From the NCBI GenBank assembly GCA_051362555.1, contig CM120640.1, forward strand, positions 42,014,788-42,078,787: a stretch of DNA of 64,000 nucleotides, given 5' to 3'. Both the position numbers and the translations under genes were made by a program. The DNA is from Lingula anatina. Taxonomy: Eukaryota; Animalia; Brachiopoda. Every line of letters begins with the position of its first letter. Within the stretch, counting starts at the first letter, position 1. The notes beneath the pieces are model-generated. The model made no database searches and was not told the DNA's origin. It was given only the letters and a program-made list of their open reading frames with translations. Shown here one piece after another: positions 54,649 to 64,000 of the stretch.

Positions 54649-54928
54649 GTTTTCTGTATGAATAGCTCGTCTTCACTATTTCATCACATACTGCAAAATG
54701 TTGGTGAAATTATTAGAAGAAATTTTGTTGTTTTGGTACCACTCAAAGTTACACACTCGTTTTAAATGTAGTTTTATAAAAATCCTAATCTTAGTTAATT
54801 TATTGTTTTCAACAAAAAATCAAAGAAAACAATTATTTTATTGTAAACACTAGAAAATATACAGTAATTCACGTGCATTATATGAAATAGGCAATCTTGC
54901 TAATAAAGGCGACTACGAAACTACTTAC

Positions 54929-55232
54929 AATCAACTAAGATAAAGTAGGTCAGGTAGAGGTCACACTTTTTATCCGTGTGTAAGTGTTGAAAATTTGCCA
55001 GAAAAGCTGGCTACATATTTGCGTACGTAGATATTTATTATAAAAGATAAATATAAAGTTGCCAATCAATAGGAAACTTATCAGTAATATTTGTTTCTTT
55101 TTCTGATATATTATTTTACATTTATCAAATGAAAGATACACAGGGGAGACTGTATGTCTATTGGAAGAGCCCAAAGTTATCGGGGGTGTGCTTTCCTGGT
55201 TCACCGTAATATTATTTATTGCTGCGAGATCC
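54929..55232. promoter_or_regulatory. Putative bidirectional promoter ATG101 / right-edge gene
   Basis: Divergent GTAAGT donors (minus strand ending at 54928, plus strand at 55233), a CCAAT near 55062 and some CpGs. The ATG101 ATG exon has an acceptor at 54691-54692, so an upstream exon is implied. Confidence 0.45.
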
Positions 55233-55392
55233 GTAAGTAGTCAAATGCGGTTTCTTTTTGACAAATCAATCGTAAGAAGGTTTTACTGTTCATGATATGA
55301 TTGAATGTATATTAAAAGGACTGAATTAGAAAAACTGTGCAAGAGTAATTTTGACGCAAAACACGAAATATTTTAAGACTAGTCACCGCTCA

Positions 55393-56006
55393 CACCCTGA
55401 GCTTCAGAGCTGACTTGACACTAACCTTTTCACTGTAGCCTATCTCCATCGTGTCAAGTAACCTCTGACCAGATTCGAGTGCCCCCGCCGCCCGCCAATC
55501 AAATTTTAAGCCCGCACTCAATGACTCATTGAACGATCTAGCCAATGAACGCGAACGAGTCAAAGCGCGCTTTGTTCAAATCCGGACCAATCAAAGATAA
55601 GGCTGAATATCAGGGACTTGCCGTAACCTGTGGGCAGCACGCAAAATACATCATCCCTCAGTAGATAATGATGCAGGGCATCATACTGCTCTGGTTTAAA
55701 TTCCGATATACTCCATGCTTTCTTTGTGTACGGTTATGCACTCGGAACCACTCGGAACTACTCGGATGTCTCCGCACTCGACAATAACTATGTTGTTAGT
55801 ATGGAGCTTGCGGAATCAGCCGAGGATTGCCGATTGACGATCAACCAATCAGCGTTTTCACCAAACTTTGGTGAAAAATTTTGAAACATGGATTCGATTG
55901 GCTTATATAAAATAGGTCAAACTATTTTCGTCAGAGGTTACTTGACACGATGGAGATAGGCTACAGTGAAAAGGTTAGTGTCAAGTCAGCTCTGAAGCTC
56001 AGGGTG
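55393..56006. mobile_element. MITE with perfect 77-bp TIRs and 7-bp TSD (P-element-like)
   Basis: 55393-55469 is the reverse complement of 55930-56006. Termini CACCCTGAG/CTCAGGGTG; TSD CCGCTCA at 55386-55392 and 56007-56013. Confidence 0.93.
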
Positions 56007-57979
56007 CCGCTCACCGCTTGCTTCTTAAGTTATTCTTGCTTAGAAGTATGAATTGAAAGTAGTACAATTTTTCATTACTAAAAAAGTGTAAGGAAAATTT
56101 TTGTAGTATTTAACTTTCCAGGTATTAGCAAATCACATTGGCTTAAATATAAACGGGGACACTTATCGTGTTTATTTTCAGATTAATTTACACAACTGTC
56201 AGATTTTGTTTACATACAATTTTTCGTCCGCATTTAACTCGCCCAAGCTTATTATGAACTAGAAGAGTGGCATGCTCACATATTGATAATAGATTTTCGT
56301 TAGGAGTGAATTATTTCTTGCAACCTCATTTTGTTCTGATAACTAAAGAAAAAGCATGTTTATGACATTGATTTAAGAGATATGTTGGTCATATACAACT
56401 ATTGTGATTGATTAGTAATGTCTAACTTAAATTTATTTTTAAGTTTAAGGTATCCTATCCAGGTGTTCCTAGCAAAATTTAATTTTCCTTGAGAAAAAAG
56501 CATGCAATTTTCTCCTATTAATACTAATCATTGATTGACCCATCTTTGCTCATGGATTTGATGTTTTATACCATTTCTTATTAAGTAAATCATTTCTTAA
56601 TGTCTGGCCAGATGTGTAGACTACCATGCCTTTCTGCACATATATAAATATCAGCACCAGAACCTTTTTGAAATTGATTCATCCTTTTTTAAAGGTCTGC
56701 CATGGGAAGGATACGTCGCTTTGCAGGATATGAATATATTCAACATTTTCAAATGCAAATAGTATGCCTTAAAAACAAAAGTTTTCAAAAAAGGTAAAGA
56801 ACTTGAAATATGAGATCAAGCATGGAGACTCATGGCATGAGGAGTAATTGAAATTTGTATGTACCAAACAAAAATTAAAAAATATGATGTATTATGTGCC
56901 TGACAGTAGAAAAATAGAATAATATTTTTAACAAACTGATACATTGCAGTGACTGAAAATAAGCATTTCAGTGCTGAGTATAAAGGCAATTTATGGAATC
57001 CAGGAGCTAGAGGAACAGATTTTGAATAGGTATCTGTGAATGTATGGATTTACATATTCTTTTACTATCACTTAAAAAGAAGCTTGGGTTTACCTGAAGG
57101 ATAGTATAATTAGCATGTAATTGTGTTCAGTGACCTGTCATGGTCACTGGTTTTTACTAATCACCATGTTGATCCAGGTCTGTTATGTTACACTCCAGAG
57201 TATTACATGATTCTCTTCTTTTAATTCATTTTGAAATATGTAACTTGGCAATGTCAGATCATTTTTGTTTTTGATATGCTTTCATGGTGTTATTTGTCAT
57301 TGCTCATATTTATGTTTGATTAAAATGACAGATTTATGTATCCAAGATTAATATTAATACATATTTTATGCCGAGTGCTAAAGATAATATACTTTTGCAA
57401 TGCAGAGTGAGCAATATTTAACAATACATCTATCTACCATTGATTTGATGGAAGGATATTTCTTGGTTTAACATAGGATATAAAAATGGGACCCTTATAT
57501 AATGTCCAGTGCATTGGTACTATAAATAAAAAGTATTTACCTGCCTTTGTCTGTTATAAGTACAGGGTAAATTTAAGTCCTTTGTGAAAGTACTAGTATG
57601 CACACTGTGAGCTCTTTTTTTGTTATCTGATAATATTTACTTCAACTAAATAGTATTCTCTCCCATTAGTAACTGTTAATTATAAATCAGTATGTTTTTA
57701 TATAAACTCGAGCTTTCAAGTAGTGATAATGTGTCGAAAAAAGTATACTGTTTCTAACCACTGTGCCTCTTGCCAGTGTTTTATTCAGCTGAACTGAATT
57801 TGATATTTTTTGGAAGCTAAATATTTAGAACTGAGCTCCCATGGTGGGTGTAATTACAGAGCCTGAGAGGTGAGTTAAAGGTGTTATATTGCTTCCTGTC
57901 TGGTGGGCCATATTAAGATATCACTATGTTGCTGTTAATTTACCCTGATAAGCCTTATCCATTTGCTTATTACAGTAGG

Positions 57980-60150
57980 AAGAATAATGATTATAAATAA
58001 TTATGATTTAAAAATCCCAATGCGCTTTATAAAATTCATAAAAAAGGGGAAAAAATGAAAAGAAAGGCAAATTGACTAGTTAGTCAACTTATTGTGAATT
58101 TAGTACAGAAACTAAAGTGAACTCATGAAGTGAAGAACTGAAGACAAAAGATTTAAGAAGTGAAAGTAAAAGACGCGAGTCATAAAATGAAAAGAAAGGC
58201 AAATTGACTAGTTAGTCAACTTATTGTGAATTTAGTACAGAAACTAAAGTGAACTCATGAAGTGAAGAACTGAAGACAAAAAATTTAAGAAGTGAAAGTA
58301 AAAGACACGAGTCATAAAACATGCTGATCTTTGTGAATCGTACATAGGAGATTTGCAGATGTATAAACTAAAGGTAGCGAAACTTTGGTGTTAAAACATC
58401 TAATTGTGGCTGCATTTAAAACTTCCCATGTGTATTCAGTGTCCAAATCCTTATTTAGTATTCCACTTGGTGAAAACTTTCCATTTAAAAGATAGTTTGG
58501 TACAGTGTCTCACAGTCTGATTTGTTTAAGATAACTCTTTGGAGCTTGACATCTTGACATTGTGGCTCATGAATGACACCATTCTTCTTGTTGTTTTTTT
58601 TAATGGAATGCATGTACTAGTACATAGTGGGTCCAGGTGTTCAATCTGTCATTATCAGAAATTTATGTGTTAGATTTTGACATAAAGTTTAAAAGAGGAA
58701 TGCAGCATACTTGGTCTCACTATTTGGAAATTAGAATCCAGTTTTTAAGATTTATTCACAAGGACTGTTGATCTTGAGTGTATGTTCCAGAAATCTTGTA
58801 AGTTTTATAAGCTGCCTGCATCTTATGTGTTGCACACATGAGATTCAAAGTTGTGTCAGCTGGATAGGTAAGAGCAGTAGGTTGAAAGTCTGTGTATAGG
58901 TGTATAGGTATGTGAAGTACCTAGCAAGGTAGTGCTAATCTGAACAGGTAAGCCAGTAAATACAGACCTTATTTAGAAACTTAAATGTTATAGAGAAGTT
59001 CCAGATGGAATCATTTAGTTTAAGTTTTTTGTAAACATCCATGTCGGTCTCATGCTTAATTGTACAGTTTAATACTGCAAACGGATGCCACATGAAATTC
59101 TGATAGAATACCTGGTATTGAATTAGATGCCATAAGGTGAAGTAGTTCTAGTGTGCTTAATGTGCTTGCAGCCATTAGCTGTATTTTCCATTTGAACTGT
59201 TAACAATGAGTAGAATTTTGTAAGGTTATGAGGGTTGTGTAGTAAATATCACTAGCTCTGGAGTAACACCCTTGACTTGCACAGGTAGTATGTATGTATG
59301 GTCTCAGGGTGTGTGGTAAATGGTTAACTATGCATTGCCACCTGGAGACCAAACCCCATGTCTTGATTTTCTGATACAGGAAAAATAAATGAGGTTGCTT
59401 ACAACTCCCAACCAGTGGAGCAAAGTGAATTCAGTGTATGACCTAATAAGGAAGCATTAATTGTATAACCCTTCCCATAGATGGTTGTTGAACTTCCTCC
59501 TGATTTGTTTGAGCTAGCTCAAGTGAAGTGTGGGAGACAAGCCCAATAGAAGAAGAGATTGACGAACATTTCACAAGTTTGTAAGACTGACAGTTGCTGG
59601 GCTGTTCAATAGGACTTTTATTACCATTCATATAAATTTGCCCTAAAGACTGGGACTCCTTTTAAACATTGCATGTGTGAGTCATCATTTTATCTCGTCC
59701 TAATACCAAAATCAATACTGGTGTGCTCTCTTTTCTGTCTGCTGCTAAATAGCTAATACATGTAAGTGGAGGGGCTTTGTTCTTTTTGGAAAAGAAATAT
59801 TGCCACAGAATTGATATGATAGCAATAATATGGTTAAAAGACAACGACTGAGATCATTGGAATGGTCATGCAACTTCATGATTGGTTAATATTACTCCAT
59901 AATAATGTCAGTGGAATACTGATGTATACCAGGTCTAGCTGTTCTTTCTGACAGAGGAATACAATGCAAAGGCAATGAAAACAATGAAATGGAATGCCAA
60001 AGTGGTTTTGTAATGGTGTGCTGAGTTAATTTTTCATGAGGTTAACTATGGCAGGGTATGATTAGATGAAGGCTTTTACAGGTAATAATGTTCATCAGGT
60101 TAATGACAGTCTACAGGGCCGGTCTGGTTGTTAGCCATTTGTCTGTGCAT
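57980..60150 (-). mobile_element. Possible highly decayed LINE (L2/CR1-like)
   Basis: A 3' end similar in layout to the LINE at 50061 (AAT-rich tail, ...CAATGCGCTTTATA) and scattered minus-strand fragments such as KLKLND and LDLV. No intact ORF; boundaries uncertain. Confidence 0.3.
58052..58319. repeat. 132-bp near-perfect tandem duplication
   Basis: AAAATGAAAAGAAAGGCAAATTGACTAGTTAGTCAAC...GAGTCAT occurs twice with 2 mismatches; each copy contains the inverted repeat TTGACTA-GT-TAGTCAA. Confidence 0.93.
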
Positions 60151-60951
60151 GCTAGATAGTTCAAGCATTTTGTACTTGGCACACATCTTACTGCCTCATT
60201 AGAAGTGATGACATTATGTCTGACTACTGGTTCAATGAAGCTGAGTAGGTAAGAAACATAAAGTGACCTTGTCTGGGTGGGCAATCATGGTAATAACATC
60301 TACATTCCTTGGGTCTTTGGCTGTATAAGAAGTAGGCATTCTTTAAAGGATCAGAGTTAAGATGAGAGCTGGCTCAAGGATGGAAAATAGAAAATAGCAA
60401 TATGTATTTTTAGAGATAATCAGTTTATTTGTTGTAAAATAATTGTAAAATTCTCCACATTTTCATGAGCAGTTGAAAAAACATTTCTTTTGGCCTGTCA
60501 AAATGTCGTCGACTTGGTTGCCTGGCTAGAGTTAACATTTATTCATATTTTAAGAATGCCAGTACAACCGTGTGGATGCAGATTGCATGGCCTGATTTAT
60601 TTATATCTGCAGGTAATGATACTGGGTTGGAATAAGGTGTTATATTACCTAATGTAGATACGATTTGGTATCTTTATCAACACTGACTGGTTATTTTACC
60701 AGATTAAAGTACATAAAGTAAATCATTAATGTATTGGATACTTAAAAAAGATAAAAACCACATTTGCAATTCTATTTAGTTTCAAGTGGTCATATAATTT
60801 CAACTTGAGATATGCTGTAAATTACAAGAAATTGCAAATTGTTCATGTACCTCTCAACTAGAACTGTACCACATAGATTGTTGTTGCACCTTAGTGATAA
60901 ACTGATACAGTGTAATTAGGAAGGTTAGACTTGCTTAGTACAAGGGAGTTA

Positions 60952-61206
60952 GGCTTCGTTCACATGCAATGTCTATTTTCTAAATTCTATTTTCTATTCG
61001 CGCTATCTTATGATCACGGTCTGTGCACTGAATATCCCGCGGCGTAATTACTGGCAGCGCGAGCCAGTTACTATAAGTTACTATAAGTAACTGGCTCGCG
61101 CTGCCAGTAATTACGCGGCGGGATATTCAGTGCACAGACCGTGATCATAAGATAGCGCGAATAGAAAATAGAATTTAGAAAATAGACATTGCATGTGAAC
61201 GAAGCC
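60952..61206. mobile_element. Fold-back PIF/Harbinger (Tourist-like) MITE
   Basis: 121-bp arms (60952-61072 and 61086-61206) with one mismatch and a 13-nt spacer. Termini GGCTTCGTTCACA/TGTGAACGAAGCC; TTA TSD at 60949-60951 and 61207-61209. Confidence 0.92.
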
Positions 61207-61554
61207 TTAGACTTAGTACAAGCAGATAAGCTAAGCATGATTTGATCCTAAAAGACATACAATGAATGCATGCTACATGGCAAAAAATAACAACTAAAAT
61301 CAAATCAAATCCTGGTAATTTCACTTATTTTTGTTTTATATCCAAGTTAACCTATCCAGAACCATTGAGAAAGTTATGATCTGTTTGCCCGTTTCCTAAA
61401 TTTCTAGCTGAACATTACAGTAGAAGTACAATCATAAGTGAAATTCACCAGTTTCTATAGACAAGGTTGATTAAAAAACCGGTGGTTTGGAACCCAAAAG
61501 ACTTACAATGTTGGAACCAAAAAATGGGTTAATAGAGGGCAAATTCTGTGAAGG

Positions 61555-61664
<110 letters not shown>

Positions 61665-63909
61665 TGATAATGAGGGGAAATGCATTTAAATTTCTTGGTA
61701 AATTACATTTGTCCATTGTGAAAATCTAACTTTTATTGTGTAACTTTGAACAGTTTGGAGGTGGAAATAGATGGGATGGGATGCAGTGGAGGTGATGAGA
61801 TAAGGATATAATAATATTGTATTACTAGTATTATTATGATATGGAACTACTCTATCTCATTCGAGAATAATAGTTAGGAAGTGTAACTTGATCACTGACC
61901 TCTATGATTTATTGACAGAAAAGCTGAATGTCGATAAAGCATGTACTGTTTGTTTTTACATTGTGTGGGTGAGCTTTGGTAAATATTCACAAAATTTCAC
62001 CCTGTTTTTGCCCCTCATGGGTATTACAGTGTCGGGTGAAAAGATTATAAATTAAGGTGAAAGTTTATGCAAACATGACTGGCTTTAGATTTGGGTGCCC
62101 CTGTGAATAAGACATTACTTTAAACTTGGAAAAGGTTATAGATTTAAAAGGTTGCAAGTGGATTTGTTGTGACTTGTGTGATTTCTGCTGGGAAGCAAGG
62201 TGTGAGAGACTGGTGATTTAACACAGTGTAGCACTGTGGGTGTTGTTTCTCCTCATTTCATTCAATATATAGAATTAGGATGCTCACCTAAGCAGTTGAA
62301 ATCGCCAAAGACTGAATGTCAGAAGTTAATCAGTATAACATGAATTTCATTCCATTTTATTTATAATCAGGGTGTAACTGCAGTGTCATTCCTGAGTAGT
62401 TAGGTGTCTACACAACACAAGTGCAGTATATTCGTGCAAGCATGGACATTGTTTACAGGTGGAACTCCAAAAATATTGAAATATTTAACCTTACATGCAA
62501 GGAAAGGTCAAACTGGGATTGCACTTTGATAAATGCAAGGAATTTGCCACAAGAGAAGTGGTGATTGTTTATAGTGGTATGAAATGATTGGAAATCTATT
62601 CAACTTCAATTGATATTTTCTGTAAGTGCCCTCTGCATGGATCCTTACAAATAACACATAGAAGTGGATACACTGCCCAGAAGGGCTACATAAAAACCTC
62701 ATTTTCATTGTGGTTGAAAACTGCCCTTGTTATAAAAATGATAATCAAAAATGGTTATACTGGCACTCTTTTTCAGTTTTGGTGATATTAAAAATAATGA
62801 TGATAATAATTCAATATATATGTTAGAATTAAGTAGCAGGATAGCAATTCCACAGTTTAATGCAGCAGTATTTTGATACAATGGCTGCTGACTACTACTA
62901 ATTGATTTAGTACAAGTAGATGAAATTCTATCTTACCAGAGGAAATAGTGCGGTTAATGAAAAAATCTTTTCAAAAAAGATATCAAAGCAGACTTGTGCT
63001 ACACAGTGGTGCTTCCTGGCAAAGGTTACACTGAGAGATTCAAAATATTTTAAACCTTGTCTTATTTCACAGTGAGTCATTCTATTGACATCTGCGCAAT
63101 TTATTTTGGCAAACAAAAAACACCGCAGCCTCCAGTCGTCTTTGTAATATTAATGTCCTTCGTTGGATTTATTTTGTCGCCATGAATGTAGTGGTTGATA
63201 TTTTTGTCTGACTTATCAAAAAACAAAATACAATTTTTTCATTCTGCTTCCAGATTTGTGAAACATTGAAGATTGTTGGTCGAATTCCTCACTAGAGGTC
63301 CAGTAGAGGTCATAGAGCTTTGGTCAGCAGATGGGCAAAGGACATTTTTGATAGATCTAGGGTAAGTGTCGTCTATCACTAGATTAATGTCCGTGCAGGT
63401 ATCCCAAGGTCAGTGTACCTCTCAGACTGTTTTTTTAGACACATGTCAACAAATTATTTTCTTCATCATTTTTCATACAGTGCATACACTAATGTCTGTT
63501 TGCGTGAAGGAAATTTCAGTCTGGCAGTATGGCTGGACATTAGCATCCAATGTTTATTGTTTCAAATGCAATATTTTTCTATACATTTTATCTACATCTT
63601 TCCTGTTTTAATTTTAATGTATTCCCCAGCTGACCTGATATGACTTGTTAAACCTGCTGCACAGTCTGTTTACCTGCACATATTTTAAGTGTGAGAAGGT
63701 ATTTTTAGTCCTTTGAGTGGCAGCCAATAACATTTAGGCTGTAAGAGGATGTATGGTTTCATATATATGTATATAGAAAGAGAAGCACAAGTCAGATTTT
63801 TTTTAAGAATATGAAATGAAAAGTGAAAATTTATTTTATTGATCAACAATGTAAAAATAAGTTTTGTTTTCTGATTCTTTTTAAACCCTCAGCACAAAAC
63901 CCTTTCACC

Positions 63910-64000
63910 ATGTCCAATGTGGATGCACTTCTGGATTTTGATGAATCCCCCACGTCTGCTCCCCCGGCTCAGAACGGAACAAGCAAGTCAGTGGATCCAT
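63910..64000 (+). CDS. Probable first coding exon of an unidentified gene (MSNVDALLDFDESPTSAPPAQNGTSKSVDP...), running off the window
   Basis: Polypyrimidine tract and CAG acceptor ending at 63892, CACCATG start context, a sharp GC rise, and an open frame to the window end. Confidence 0.6.
   Translation, partial: MSNVDALLDFDESPTSAPPAQNGTSKSVDP

Noticed and set aside
62980-63185. piggyBac-like C-terminal Cys-rich fragment (CNLCQEAPLC...VCFDIF) on the minus strand
   Set aside because: It needs a frameshift, is surrounded by stops, and no TTAA-flanked TIR was found.

Overview
AT-rich, intron-rich animal (probably invertebrate) genomic DNA, so most entries in the ORF track are spurious. Manual GT-AG splicing recovers six genes and the start of a seventh: NUP50 (-, 3' end outside the window) head-to-head with PHF21A/BHC80 (+), SLC45A3 (-), HTATIP2/TIP30 (+), an unannotated 11-exon coiled-coil gene (+, 39556-45785), ATG101 (-), and an unidentified exon at the right edge (+). 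The 11-exon product aligns by eye with the fungal eisosome BAR proteins Pil1/Lsp1 and ends in a PPxY tail; it is the most notable candidate. Introns hold many transposons: a truncated Gypsy element with a Tc1 nested in its integrase, a tRNA-SINE, L2 LINE remnants and several TIR/MITE elements with readable TSDs. No tRNA, rRNA or CRISPR features were found. Gene and element identities come from remembered family sequences, not database searches.
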